Assembly: GCA_963706575.1 (NCBI GenBank)
Contig: CAVPNL010000015.1
Location: 465,518-529,517 of the forward strand
Source of the DNA: an uncultured delta proteobacterium
GTDB taxonomy: Bacteria; Desulfobacterota; Desulfobacteria; Desulfobacterales; JAHEIW01
Reading direction: 5' to 3'
Length of the DNA: 64,000 bases
Of this stretch, positions 39,342 to 51,909 are shown piece after piece. Below the pieces are notes generated by a model that was not told where the DNA came from, did no database searches, and saw only the letters and a program-made list of their open reading frames with translations. The translations under genes were made by a program, and so were the position numbers. Positions within the stretch are counted from its first letter, which is position 1, and every line of letters begins with the position of its first letter.

Positions 39342-40607
39342 ATGAAAGAAATAAAGACTCATAAAATTAACAACTGCCGGGTGACAGTGCCCGGCTCAAA
39401 GAGCTATACGCATCGCATGTTGATTGCGGCGGCCTTGGCCAAAGGCGTGTCTACCCTTAAAAACGCCCTTGTCAGTGAAGATACGCAATTTACTATGGAT
39501 GCCCTCAGGCAGATGGGGATTCAAATTGAAGTTAACCGCGCTGAGGTGCGGGTTGATGGAAAGGGTGGCCGTTTGGAACCGTGCGACGCACCGATCTATC
39601 TCGGGAATTCCGGAACCTCCATGCGCCTGCTAACCGGAGTGGCGGCGCTGGGCAAAGGAACCTATACCCTGACCGGCAATGCCCGTATGCAAATGCGGCC
39701 GATAAAGGACCTGCTGGTGCAATGCAACAGATGGGCATTAAGGCTCGATCCGTTAAAGACAACGGTTGTCCGCCGGTAGAGGTGGCCGGCACAGCGATCG
39801 ACGCCGAACAGGTGGACATTAACTGCCAAAACAGCAGCCAGTATCTTTCGGCACTACTCTTGATGGCGCCTTGCACTTCGCAGGGACTTGAAATCCGGGT
39901 AGCCGGCGGCCCACCGGTATCCAAACCCTATGTCGACCTGACGGTGGCATTGATGGAGATCTTCGGTATCCGGCTCGATCGCAGCGGTTATCAAAAATTC
40001 CAAGTTCCGGGAGGGCAGTTTTATCGTGCCGGAAAATATGTTGTGGAAGCGGATTGCTCGCAGGCTTCCTATTTCTGGGGCGCGGCTGCTATTAGCGGTG
40101 CTGAAATCAAGGTGGTGGGGATACGGGCAGATTCGGCCCAGGGGGATCTGCGCTTTGTCGACATGCTGCAACAGATGGGGTGCCGCGTTTCCAGGGAATC
40201 AAACAGCATCGCTGTTGCCGGCGGGATCACTTTCCGCCATTGAAGCCGATCTGGCGGATATGCCCGACCAGGTCCCGACGCTGGCCGTGGTGGCGGCATT
40301 TGCCACGGGTACAACCGTGATTAAAAATGTCGCCCATCTTAAATCAAAGGAGAGCGACCGTTTAAGCGCCACGGTAACCGAACTTAAAAAAATGGGCATC
40401 GACGCCACTTGCACCGCAAACGCCCTGGTCGTCAAGGGCGGAAAGCCAAAAGGTGCCATAATTGACACTTATAATGATCACCGCATCGCCATGAGTTTTG
40501 CCATGGCGGGATTGAATGTGCCGGGAGTATGCATCCGAAACGAAGGCTGTGTTGAAAAATCCTTTCCGGCCTTCTGGCAGGTTTTTGAGGGATTGTATCC
40601 GTCATGA
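39342..40607 (+). CDS. aroA: EPSP synthase; two frameshifts
   Basis: VPGSKSYTHR, GNSGTSMR, SSQYLSALL, KESDRL, DHRIAMSFA, KSFPAFW in three frames. Confidence 0.92.
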
Positions 40608-40990
40608 ATCTTTTTTTGACCGGGTACCGCTGCAGCGGTAAAACAACCATCGGCAAATCAATTGCCAGGAGAATTGACTGGTCTTTTGTGGATTCCGATT
40701 TGCTTGTCACCAAAAAAAGCGGAAAAAGTATTCAAGACATCATCGACACAGAAGGCTGGGACGCTTTTCGCCGCATGGAGCGTTCGGCATTGCAGCAAAT
40801 CTGCGCAGATGATCGCCAGGTAGTGGCCACCGGTGGCGGGGTTGTGCTTGACCCAATCGAATATCAAGGCAATGAAAACCAGCGGTATTGTTATCTGGTT
40901 AGATGCAGGCGCTGAAACCATTCAGAAAAGAATGCTGCGGGATAAAAACACCGACGATTTTCGACCGGCATTAACCGACAAGGGGTCCCA
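40604..40990 (+). CDS. aroK: Shikimate kinase; frameshifted and 3'-truncated at a contig junction
   Basis: GYRCSGKTTIG, DSD, FRRME, ATGGG, then RPALTDK before the sequence changes character. Confidence 0.85.
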
Positions 40991-41413
40991 GCCGATCTGC
41001 TTAACCGTTTCGAAGTAATCATGACTTGGTCCCCTAGGTGTGCCGTGCTTGTCAATTCAGACGCTGGTTGTTACCTGGCCACGTCCGTCGTGGAGTGGCG
41101 GCCATTTTTCGCTCACCGATCGACATTTGCCTGCGGCCGGCGCCGGCGTGAGATCGTCGTGCCGGCCGATGCATTCCGCGGCCGGATGGCCGACTGCCTA
41201 TCGGCCGAGATTCAACTGCCCCCGGCCTGCTCCCCGACGAGTCGAGGGGCCTCCGGGCAATGCCTTCTTGGCCGCATCCTATTCATTGCGGCCGCGGCAG
41301 CAGGTGTGACCGAGAAAATAGTTTTTTTTGTTGCCCCGCGTGGTGACGACCCGCCGCAGGGGCAGAATGCCAGGCGCCCCGTCGTAGTGCCAGCAGCGGG
41401 GAACGGCCGGGCG

Positions 41414-44400
41414 CTACCCGGACGAAGTGACCGAAGTGGCTTCATTCCGCAGGATCCGATTCTGCTCGCGTTGGCGCAACCCGAGTTCCTGCTTGGGCTT
41501 CCAGTCGTCCGCGCAGCGCAGGCAGTCTTGGGCCCGAACCGCATCACCGAGTTTCTGATACGCCATGGCCAAGACATACAGATCCGTGGCGTTCAGCCTG
41601 TCGCTGGTCTTGGCCAGTCGGTCCTCGAACCAGGCAACGGCCTCTGGAATCCGATCATTGCGATAGAGAGCCAGGCCGATCGTGTTGGCGACGTTGCGGT
41701 CATGTTCGACCTCGAGCGTTCGGATCTTCTCTGCCAGCAACAGGGCAATCGTGGGATGGCGCAGCGAGATATCTGGGCCCACCATGGGCCGCGCCGCCAT
41801 GTCCAGGGAAAGCGGGTCGTTTCGCGTCCGGTTCAAAAACTCGACCCGGTCGGCGGCGGCCTGATCCGGATCGCCAAGCTGGGCGTGGCACTCGGCACGC
41901 AACCCAAACGCGAGGCGGGCGAGGATCTGATTCGATTCGATCACGCGGGAACAGTCCGCGACGGCAGCGTGGTATCGTCCCAGGCGAAACTGCCATTCGG
42001 CGCAGGAGGCGAAGCTCGACATCGTCGCTGCGCTGCAGCACCCAATTGGCATCCTCAATCGCCCCGGCAAACCCTCGCTGCTCGGCCTGCACATACGCCC
42101 GCCATTGTCGCGGCGTAATGGCAGCGGGAAGTCGCTCACAGGCCCGAGTCAACAGTCCAAGCGCTGCGCAAGTCATAGTGCCTGATGGCTCCCATGCCTG
42201 CCGAGAACGCCGCGTAACCGTCCTGCACGTTTTGCTCAGCTTTCTCCCTGGCTCGCCGATCGACGAGTTCCAACAGTTCGTCGGCCGTCTTGATGTTCTG
42301 CAGTTCGGGCGCCACCACGATCTCCCACGAACCTGCACCCGCCCTCGCGGCCCAGGGAAACGGAGGCGATTTCCAGTCCAAGCCAAACTTTTTCAATTGG
42401 GTTCGAATCCGGCGCAAGTCGAACATCACGCAGGCCGCGTCCTGCTGCCGACAAAGCACGAGATGGCCGCTGGGGGAGCAAAGAGGCGGTGCAAGCCTCG
42501 GGCCCTTCCAGTCGAGCCAGTGAGCGACCGGACTCCGCTTCGACCAAGCCGATGATACCCGCCGAATCGCAGGTCAAAATCTGCGTGCCATCGCGTGAGA
42601 GATCGAACGACACTCCAGCGTCGTGCACGGCCGAACGTTGCCACGTGCCGGACCTCACCCGCCCACCTCCGGCAAGCAGCCACTGACCGTCACGACTGAA
42701 GCGGGGTACGCTTGGGCCTGGGAATGACTGGATGGCGACTGTTGGCGCTTTGCTGTCGACCACGCGGGTGAGCGCCAGTTTTCCGTACTCAGCGCGACAT
42801 ATTGCCCGTCGGGCGAAACCGCACACCGGGTCCCCGACTGCTGGCCGAGCACCTTCCGCGCGGCGGGCTCGCCGGCCGTCTTGATCCAGCAGCCCGCATA
42901 CTCCTGCGTGCCCATGCCGTTCCAGGCCCCAGCCGCCAGGACCGAGCCGTCGTCGCTGGTGCCGAGATACACGTTTCCCCCGCCGGCAAACAGGTGCACC
43001 CGTTCGGGACAACCCAGCTCCAGCCGCAGCCTATCGCCCTGGGTGACGCGACAGGGCCAGCGCAAGAAACCTCCCAGCCCGCTGACGTACAAGTTACCGT
43101 TCGCATCGAAGCACACATCGTAGGCACCGAAGTCGTTCCACGTCGTTCGCAGCAGCACATCGCCCGTGTCCGTGGCGACCAGCTGGATTCCATCTTTGAC
43201 GCCGACCGCTACGACCGCGCCGGTCGGATCAAAACTCAGATTGGCTGCCGCCACGTCATTCGGCTGCATCAGCGGGTAGTATTCGTAGCCTGACGCCAGC
43301 GACATGACTCCAAATCGCTGCGGCTGATCCGGCGAAGCAAACAGGCCAGCGATGCGTCCCGCCGGATCGAGTTTCAGATTACACACGGCGAATAGCCCGT
43401 TCAGCGCTCGGGATCGGAAAAGCGCGTCACCGCTGTAGCTGTCCACCAACGTCAACCGATGCGACCAACCCAGCATCAGCAGCCGATCTCCCTGGGAGTT
43501 AAACCGTACGCAAGAGCCCCCACCGGCCGCTTCCCGCGACGGTCGATCCGTACGGACCAGACGGGCCTGTCCCTCAGCTGCGTCGAATTCGTACCAATGG
43601 GTGGCATCGCCATGGGCGTTTATGATCACCAATCGCTGGCCGTCGGGCGACCAATCCGCGCACCCAGTAACCGGGATAGTCGTCTTCGATTCCCGGCCGG
43701 AGCTGCATCACCGTCTCGCCGGTCCGCCAGTTGCGGACGTGGATTTCATCGCGGAAATAGGAGTGGAGCATCACGAGTGGGTGCGTCGGATGGAGTACGA
43801 TCTGCGGTTCGCGAGAGAAGGGCGCGGTTGGCAGTTTCGCCAGGGCTTTACCGGTCGGGACGTCGATGATCATCACTTCATTGCGATCGGCCACCGCCAG
43901 CAGCTTCCCATCACGAGCAACATGAAAGCGCTCGCAGCCCGTCTCATGAGACCATTGTCGCCGGGGTCGGTCCGCCGACACGTCCCACAGCTCAAACGCA
44001 AGACTCAACTGGCCCGTCACGAGTAGCCGGTCGTTGCCAATGAAGTGGACGAGAACATCCTGGTCCAGTCGTGGAATGCGGGCCAAGTCCCGGTGATCGC
44101 TACGGCGACGCAAGCGGATATCCCCCGTGGCGAACGCAATCGCATAGCGCCGACCGTCGTCGCTGATCGTCCCCACCCGGACGGCTTCCGCTTCCGTGCG
44201 AAACGCCTCGACGTAGGCATCGGGCAGGGCGAGTGCCGCGATGGCCTCGTCACGCAGCGGATCGAACCAGTCGGTCGGTTGTTCCAGATCGCGTCCGATT
44301 TCCACGGCCTGTCGCAAAGCCGCGAGTGCCTCAAACCGCTGCCCCGGCCGACGGCTGAGCCGGATGCCATGGGCGCGGCCCACGGCTGCCTCGGCTTGCC

Positions 44401-45838
44401 CTGCACGGGCGGCTCGTTCCGATTTTTCGGAGCGTGCTCGGGCGACATGCAGACGCTGGGCGAAAACCAGCGACCCGGCCGCAATGAGAATCAGCAACAG
44501 AATCGAGGCGATGGCCAGGGACGAAGCGGCCGGATATCGCCGAAACGTACGGAGGGCGGCCTCCCTCCAATTCTCCCGACGCGCGGTAATTGGCCGATAG
44601 TGGAGGAACCGCGTCAAGTCGTCCGCCAATGCGGCCGCGCTGCTGTAGCGATGATGGGGTTCCTTACGCAGGCACTTATGCGCAATGGTCTCCAAATCAA
44701 CGGGCACGCTGGGCTCCAGCTGCCGCACGAAGACCGGTTCCTGGTCCCGAAGTTGTACCAGCGTTTCCGACAGAGTGGTTCCGCGGAAAGGAGGTCGACC
44801 AGTCAGACACTCGTACAGAATCGCGCCGACGGAATAGACGTCCGCTGCCAGACCGATTCGCTTCCCGTCGCCCCAGGCCTGCTCAGGGGCCATGTAGGCC
44901 GGCGTGCCCATAACACTGCCGGTGGCGGTTGCCGCCAGGTCGCTGGTGAGCAATTTGGCAAGTCCGAAATCCGAGATTTTTGCCGTGGGGAGGGGGATGT
45001 TGGGATCGGTGAGAACACATTGCGTCGGTCGTCTGTCCCCACTCGACTCTTCCGGCGTCCCATTCCACTGCAGCAGGACATTTCCCGGCTTGAGGTCCCG
45101 ATGGATGATCTCACCCTGGTGTGCCGCCGCCACGCCCTGGGCAACTTGAAGAATCAACTCGGCGGCCACGCGCGGCGGCAGAATTTCACCCCGGATGTGG
45201 GACGCGAGACTGCCACCGGAACAGTATTCCATCGCCAAGGCAGGCAGACCGTTCAGCTGCGTGATGTCATGAATCTGTACGATGTTGGGATGACGGACCC
45301 TGGCAATGGCCTCGGCTTCCTGGCGAAAGCGAACGACGTCACTGTCGGCCGCGTCGATGCCGGCTCGCAGGAGTTTAATGGCCACGACCCGCTTCAATTG
45401 CGTATCCCAGGCACGGTAGACCACCCCCATCGCACCTTGACCAATCGGCTCGCATAACACGTAACGGTCCGAAACGGCCAGCGTTGTGGCCCAAGTAGGG
45501 GCGGCGTCGAGTACTGCGTCGTCGGCGATCAACAGGTCGATTTCCCGTTGAACTTGCAGCAGTTCCGCGAGTTCGGGATATCGCTGCTGGTACTCCGCAA
45601 GCGCTGGATGATCACCCGCCTGCTCGCGCAACTCGAGTTCATTGTGGATCAGTTCCAGGAGCAGCTCCTGGTGAAACTTTGTGCCGCGAAGTTCTTCCGC
45701 GAGCGCATCGACGGAGGAGCCACGGCCGAGTGCCCAGTCCCGCTCTTGACGTGCGAGGATCGCGGCAAGGTGCGGCTCCCACTCGTGCGCGTGAACGGGA
45801 ACCGAGGAAGTAGTGGGCTCCGGAGGGGGATCAGGCAT
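41414..45838 (-). CDS. Ser/Thr protein kinase with WD40-like and TPR regions (planctomycete type); several frameshifts
   Basis: GQGAMGVVY, VAIK, HRDLKPGN, DFGLA, GTPAYMAPEQ; downstream frames give propeller repeats and TPR helices. Confidence 0.88.
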
Positions 45839-46437
45839 CGTCCAAGCCCAGCCGCAACTCGCAGGCGGCCCGCCGCAGGGCGCGCGAGAGCCGCTTTCTC
45901 AAGACGACCGCAGAGGTGGCATCGATTCCTGCAATCCGGTCCCAGGCTATCCCCTGTCGCCGAAGTCGAAAAGATGCGCCGCTCGTCGGGAAGAAGACGG
46001 CGGTCGATTTGCTCCAGCAGATCAGCCGTCAGCGCCCTCGTGTGGGGATCGGACGAAGCGTCCGTGGAAAGATCCTGCTCCTCTCCCCAGGAAATCGTCC
46101 TTCGCCGATCACGACGCTGCGCCCATTCTCGACGATTTAACGCCGCCAACTTCCGCCGGGCGATGGTGAAGAGAAGATTTTGCATCGCCTGCGGGCTGTC
46201 CAGCTGAAACTCACCCGCCGCACAACGAATCAGAAAACTTCCCAACGCTGATTGACAAACGTCGACCGAGTCCGCGGCCGCTTGCAGCGGCGTCCGAGCC
46301 AAACGCCGGCGAATCGAGCGGCGGATAAACGGTTCGTACTGGGCGACGAATTCTCCAACTGCCTGGGGATCACCCATCCGCAAAAGTTGCAACGTCTCGG
46401 AAAACTCCATCTTGACCGCTCGCTCATCCTTCGACAT
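45831..46437 (-). CDS. ECF sigma factor, kinase-associated; frameshift in region 4
   Basis: GDPQA...YEPFIRR...DSVDVCQS; alternate frame ends RKRLSRALRR...GLDDA*, overlapping the kinase ATG. Confidence 0.82.
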
Positions 46438-46868
46438 GGCCGCTGCGATACGCAGACGACGAATCGCTCTATCTTACGGCGATCAAGTTGAGAAATCAAA
46501 CAAGTCGCACCGGGGGCCCGACGGATAGCAGTCTTAATCGCTGCGAGTCCACGATAGCCTCCAAACACGTTTCGAATTTTTCCTTGATCGGGGAGGGACT
46601 GGCGCCGGCCGCCCAGCGGCCCGTCAGCGGCTGGAGGCCGGCTATCTGGGAAGGTTCGAGGCCGCCGAATGCAAACGCCCGTTTCCGATGACCATTACGA
46701 TGACGTCCCGCGGTAATCGTTCGGACAGCAGCCAGCCATCGGTCCGTCGCAACCTCGGCGGCGACGGGTGGCACGTCCCAGAGCCTAAGCGGCCGATTTG
46801 TAGTCACCTGGACGTCTTGACCGGCCGGACTCGCACGGAGTCCTCGACGCCTGCCACTTGGCCAAGAA

Positions 46869-47759
46869 TCAGAGATTTGCCGGAAAACGCAGCGCGCCAT
46901 CCAGCTCTGCCGAATCGGCGGGCAGACTCATGTCGGGTGGCGAATTTGCTTCAGCGAACAGGTCGGCCAGATGTTTGAGCGGCACGAGATCGTACCGAAA
47001 GCTCTCCGAATAATGACGAACCAGCGACGGTTCGCACCGGCATCTCACCGTGGTAATTCTCAGCGCTGGGCGATCCAGATAGATGAAGGGCCCCATCCGC
47101 TGGGGACCGGGAGGAACGACACGCGCCACCACCGTATCCGGGCATCTCTGGAGTTCGGCCTCGGCGGCGAAACGGCGCCCCGGCAGTGGATCACCAAACT
47201 GCCGCGCCGCGGCGCGTTCGAATGGCTTGGACACGTAGAGCACTCGCGGAGACGGGTCGTCTGAAATCAGTTCCCAGACAAACGCAAACCCTCGTCGATT
47301 GAGCGTCTGACGAAAACCACGCTTCTGGGGAGGCCCGCCCCGGGATGGGGGAGGGTAAAACCAGACAAACGTCTGTTGTACGAATCGTTGTTCACCAATC
47401 CTCACGTCGCTCGACGTCGTGTAGACGGTTGGTCGCCGGGTATCGATCGACACACCGCGACTTCCCACCGTGAGGGCTCCCCACCGCTCGAACGGCGCTC
47501 CGCCAACCGTTTGCGGAGAATACTCCTGAACGACCAAGGGAGCCATCCAGACACGATCGCCCACGGCTGGATTATTGTCGGGCGAGATGAAAACGGCCCG
47601 GGGGAACGTCGTCTCGGTACGATCGCGCACGGCCTGGTGGTGTTCGACTAGCGCGACCTCACCTGCCACCAACGACTGATGATCGTGTCCCAAGAGCGCC
47701 GAAAACGGATGCAACAACAGGATGTACGCAAAGCAAGAAATGTAGAATCGCTTGGCCAT
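46869..47759 (-). CDS. Hypothetical secreted protein
   Basis: Long ORF with signal-peptide-like N-terminus; C-terminal CRC motif. Confidence 0.55.
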   Translation of the reverse strand: MAKRFYISCFAYILLLHPFSALLGHDHQSLVAGEVALVEHHQAVRDRTETTFPRAVFISPDNNPAVGDRVWMAPLVVQEYSPQTVGGAPFERWGALTVGSRGVSIDTRRPTVYTTSSDVRIGEQRFVQQTFVWFYPPPSRGGPPQKRGFRQTLNRRGFAFVWELISDDPSPRVLYVSKPFERAAARQFGDPLPGRRFAAEAELQRCPDTVVARVVPPGPQRMGPFIYLDRPALRITTVRCRCEPSLVRHYSESFRYDLVPLKHLADLFAEANSPPDMSLPADSAELDGALRFPANL

Positions 47760-48115
47760 GGGCACAGTATATCCAGAATCTGAAAGCATTTCTCGTGGGG
47801 GAATGCCGGTTTGTAAGGCCGCTTGCTGCTGAGCGCGTCAGAGACATCCGCGGCCGCTCGACGAGCGGTCGCGGAGCTGAGAATCTCGTGTCGGAGCGCC
47901 CGTTTTTGCCGCGTGACGCGAGCCTCGACGGTTCGCTGCACGTGTCTGATTTCAATGCCTGGAACACGGAACAGCTTGACCGTCGAGGCGTTCGAGGGGA
48001 AGATGCACATGCTCGAACGCGTGTCCACCGACAACGACTGTGCAATTCAAGTGCAATGCAGTCGTTCTCCGGTTGTATCGGCATGCGACCGGCCAAAATG
48101 AGGGGCCCCAATGCC

Positions 48116-49450
48116 ATGAGCCCACTTCTTAAAGACCCCGAGACACATGATGTGGTCGCGAATCGACTCGGCTTCGCCCTGGTCGCTATGGTCTCGTTGC
48201 TTTCGGTTCATTGCCCGACGGCGTGGGGACAGATCGATTTCGAAAAGGAACCGATCAACTACGGCACATCGTCCACGAATGACCCGGTGGCCGAACTGCA
48301 GGAGCGGATCGATTCTGGCGAGGTGCCGCTCGCATTCGACGAGAAGCATGGCTACCTGCGTTCAGTGCTAGAGCTGCTCGGCATCCAGCCGTCGTCTCAA
48401 GTGCTCGTCCATTCGAAGACCAGCTTTCAGTTGCGACGGATTTCACCGAGCCGACCCCGTGCCGTCTATTTCAACGACGAGTCGTATGTTGGATGGGTCC
48501 AGCATGGCGACGTGATCGAGGTGATGGCGACCGATCCTGTTCAGGGCGAAGTCTTCTATACGCTCTTTCAGGACAAGGATGACCACCCCGAGTTGATCCG
48601 CGACCGCGGCCAATGCATCACCTGCCACGCATCATCGCGTACTCAAGGTGTTCCCGGCGGATTGGTGAGGTCCGTTTTCGTGGATGCGGGCGGCCAGCCG
48701 CAGTATGGTTCGGGCACGTTCACCATTGATCACCGCAGCCCGTTCGCGGAGCGCTGGGGAGGGTGGTATGTGACGGGAACGCACGGCCAGATGCGGCACA
48801 TGGGGAACGTCGTCGCGAAAAATCGGCAGCACCCGGAAGCGCTGGATCGCGAGGCGGGGGCGAACGTCACCGATCTTTCTGACCGTCTCAACGTATCGCC
48901 ATACCTCACGCCTCACAGTGATCTCGTGGCGTTGATGGTGCTCGAGCATCAAACGCAAATGCAAAACTATCTGACGCTCGCCAGTTACGAGTGTCGCTCC
49001 GCCGCACATTACGACGGCGTGATGAACACGGCACTCGACCGGCCGAAAGATTTTGTCAGTGATTCGACTTCGCGCCGGACCGAGTCGGTCGGTGACAGGC
49101 TCTTGCGGTACATCCTGTTCGCCGATGAATTCCCATTGACGTCGCCTGTCGAGGGAACGTCGACTTTTGCCAAGGACTTTGAAGCTCGAGGTCCGCGTGA
49201 CAGCCGAGGGCGTTCGCTGCGCGATTTCGATTTGCAGAGCCGGATGTTCAGGTATCCCTGCAGCTATATGATCTACTCGCCGTCGTTTGATCGGCTGCCG
49301 GATCCGGTGAAACAGCATGTTGTCAAGCGCCTTCACGATGTGCTTACGGAGAAAGAGGACGACCAAGAGTTCTCGCATCTCTCGACCGACGATCGCCAGG
49401 CTATTCTGGAAATTCTGGTCGAGACGAAGCCTGACTTGTGGGGAAGCTGA
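48116..49450 (+). CDS. Secreted hypothetical protein with a single CxxCH (possible c-type cytochrome)
   Basis: Signal peptide; CITCH; SKTSFQ, RAVYFND, ERWGGWYVTG, CSYMIYS. Confidence 0.75.
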   Translation: MSPLLKDPETHDVVANRLGFALVAMVSLLSVHCPTAWGQIDFEKEPINYGTSSTNDPVAELQERIDSGEVPLAFDEKHGYLRSVLELLGIQPSSQVLVHSKTSFQLRRISPSRPRAVYFNDESYVGWVQHGDVIEVMATDPVQGEVFYTLFQDKDDHPELIRDRGQCITCHASSRTQGVPGGLVRSVFVDAGGQPQYGSGTFTIDHRSPFAERWGGWYVTGTHGQMRHMGNVVAKNRQHPEALDREAGANVTDLSDRLNVSPYLTPHSDLVALMVLEHQTQMQNYLTLASYECRSAAHYDGVMNTALDRPKDFVSDSTSRRTESVGDRLLRYILFADEFPLTSPVEGTSTFAKDFEARGPRDSRGRSLRDFDLQSRMFRYPCSYMIYSPSFDRLPDPVKQHVVKRLHDVLTEKEDDQEFSHLSTDDRQAILEILVETKPDLWGS

Positions 49451-49765
49451 TGTGAACGTTGCCGGGATCCCGCGTCTCACGTGGTGCGGGAACTTGCAGC
49501 GCCCGCCGACAACGTCACGACGCTGCCGAAAGCGCGACGGTTGGACTCGATCGCCGAATCGGGGGCGAAGTGCCGATTTCGAATCAGTCGCTTCTCCCGT
49601 GGTCCTCGCACCGGGCTATTCGACTCTCAACGTTCAACGCCTGCGGGGTCAGTTCCGCCGCGACTGGCGACGGCGCTCGCCAAAAACGTGAAATGTCGCG
49701 GCGGAGGGACCGCGAAAACAGAAAACAGGGGCTGACGACGCACAGCCTCCCACGCCGCGCCCGCT

Positions 49766-50264
49766 CCTGCTCCTGTTCCCGCTCCAGTCCTAAAGGCTGC
49801 GTTCATTCCGCTGGTCGCGTCATGGGCAGTTCTCCCGTGTTTTTCTAGCTGTCCCGGGGCGTGCACGGGACCGCCAAAGGGTCGTCACACCGCAGTTTCC
49901 GCGGCGGCTCCCGCGTGCTGGGGAGCGTGAACCAGGTGCTTGATTCGCTCGACAAAGTCACGGCCACCGACATCCGCGCGAGAGATTGGGCTCGGGCGTC
50001 CTGAAAAACAGGTGCACATGATTGGGCAGGCAGACGATGCTGAAGATCACGAAGCCGAACTTGTCGACGGTGGCCTCCAGGCCGTCGAGAAACCGCCCGT
50101 AGTGGCGTTCATCCCGAAAGACTGTCTGCCGGCCATTGCCGCGGGGCATGGCGTGGTAGGTCGCACCAGGAAACTCGACTCGTAACGGTCGCGCCATGCC
50201 CGAGAGCCTATCACACGCTCACCGACCCCCAATCCGAAAAAACGGATCTGACCCCGCAGCCCCC
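49766..50264 (-). mobile_element. Internally deleted REP-associated tyrosine transposase (RAYT) element, copy 1
   Basis: MARPLR...YHAMPRGN...NHVHL...NLSRG; ~500-bp direct repeat with 51890-52394. Confidence 0.8.
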
Positions 50265-50305
50265 TCGAACCCGACCGGATTTGCGCAGCCGAGCCCCGGC
50301 GCAGC

Positions 50306-50499
50306 CGCCCGATGGAGTAGATGTAGGTCCCGTCGGCCTCGCCGGGACCTGATGGGCGAGTGACACGTGACGGTTGAGTGGCGCCCGGTGGACGAGTTCC
50401 AGTGACGCCCGATGGAGTGGATGTAGGTCCCGTCGGCCTCGCCGGGACCTGATGGGCGAGTGACACGTGACGGTTGAGTGGCGCCCGGTGGACGAGTTC
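50306..50499 (+). repeat. Two tandem copies (100-bp period) carrying a GTAG-REP-like hairpin
   Basis: Near-identical units containing gtaggtcccgtcggcctcgccgggacct. Confidence 0.8.
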
Positions 50500-50705
50500 G
50501 CAGTTGTGCCCCGTGGGCGAGTTGGAACTGCGAGATTGCGCGAGGCTGCGAGACCCTTGTTTGACCAGCGCTGGCGTGGGAGGATCACACCGCCGCGGGC
50601 GTAGCTGGAGTGATAGGAAAGCTACGGCCGTAGCAAAGACGGTTGACTCGGTGACGAACGTGGGAAGCAATGCGTCACGTCGCCGCGAGTGAGACCGGAA
50701 ATAGG

Positions 50706-50734
50706 AAAGCGATGCCAGGCCATCGCACTCCAAA
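50706..50734 (-). repeat. GGAGTGCG-type REP-like palindrome
   Basis: aaagcgatgccaggccatcgcactccaaa with a gcgatg/catcgc stem. Confidence 0.5.
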
Positions 50735-51313
50735 GACGCGCATGATCGCCGTCACCCAGGGCGTGGACGCACCGAGCTTCGCGAGCTGTGCGGCCCCCAG
50801 CACGACGGACGAGGTTTGTGCGGCGCTTCCTGAAGTGGGTGGGGCTGGTCCCGGCCGCGTCGGGTTGGCCCGTGTGGCGCAACATGGTTCCCGGCCACGT
50901 GCGGGAGCGAATCCGCCAAGAGCTGGAATCGGCTTCTGCCGCGCGGCACGAGGTGGCAGAAAATCGTTCGGCCACTCATCGGGGTCGCCCACCACCACGG
51001 GAGGTAGCCAGCGCGTCATGACACGGACGTCGATCACGCCCGCCGACGACGATTTCTTGATCCCACGAGACCGTGGCCGGTTCGCGGTCCGCGCCGAGGG
51101 TGAAATTCAGCCCGAAAACGGGCGTTTTCAGCACTTCGGTCGGCCGCAGTTCGTCTTCTCGACCACTCCGGGCGACGCCGACGTGCCTTGCCGACGTCAC
51201 TCTTGACCGACGCCACCGTGCGCAACGGGCGATTGGTTACCCAACAAAGGAAGACACCGGCCCCGCTGCCGATTCAGTCACGGTGGGGGCTACTCGGTGC
51301 TATTCTCTTCTGG

Positions 51314-51803
51314 ACAGAGCCCCGTCCCCTTGCGGGCGGGAGCGTCAGGTGGTCAGCCTACGAAAGACCGCACGAAGTAGATGTCGGTCGAGCCACAAAT
51401 CGCGATCATCGTTCGCCCGTGGCCGAGACCGAAAGCGAGCGCCCCGTGGTATCGTGCGAGTGAGGGCGGCCAGGTCCACTCCCAGGTCCCGTCCAGCGGC
51501 CAACGCCATGAAGGATTTCGGAGCGTGGATCACCTGCCTGCGGCAAGTTCCGCCGCCTGCCGGCGTAAAGCGTTACGTGTCTTCGCTGCGGTGCGGAACC
51601 GGCAACGCATGCCTGGCCCGTTCCGACGCGACGTAGCGAGTGGCAACTGGCCCCAGCCACGACCCCAACCAAGCGGCGCCCATTTCGGTCTCGGCCACGA
51701 GCGAACGACAGCTACGATTCCTGGCTCGACCGACGATTCGTGTTCGTGCTCGTCCGTAGGGTCACCACCTGACACTCCCGCCCGCAAGGGGACGGGGCTC
51801 TGT
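51314..51803. mobile_element. ~490-bp non-coding element with ~120-bp imperfect terminal inverted repeats
   Basis: 51314-51434 matches the reverse complement of 51683-51803; outer ~40 bp nearly perfect. Confidence 0.75.
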
Positions 51804-51825
51804 TCAGATGGGTGACCACCTGACG

Positions 51826-51909
51826 CTCCTGTTCCCGCTCCTGCTCCTGCTCCTGTTCCTGCTCCTTTTCCTTTTCCTGCTCCTGTTTCCCTGCTCCTGT
51901 TCCCGCTCC
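51826..51909. repeat. Degenerate (CTCCTG)n hexamer tract
   Basis: More than ten imperfect ctcctg/ttcctg units. Confidence 0.8.

Noticed and set aside
38089..40990. Programmed frameshifting or wholesale pseudogenisation of the aro operon
   Set aside because: Single-base indels with conserved motifs intact, no slippery-site pattern and rising density toward the contig end fit low-coverage long-read errors; needs read polishing to be sure
42399..42412. tRNA T-loop-like ggttcgaatcc
   Set aside because: Inside the kinase coding region; no cloverleaf can be built around it
50306..50499. CRISPR array
   Set aside because: Only two ~94-bp units with no unique spacers and no cas genes
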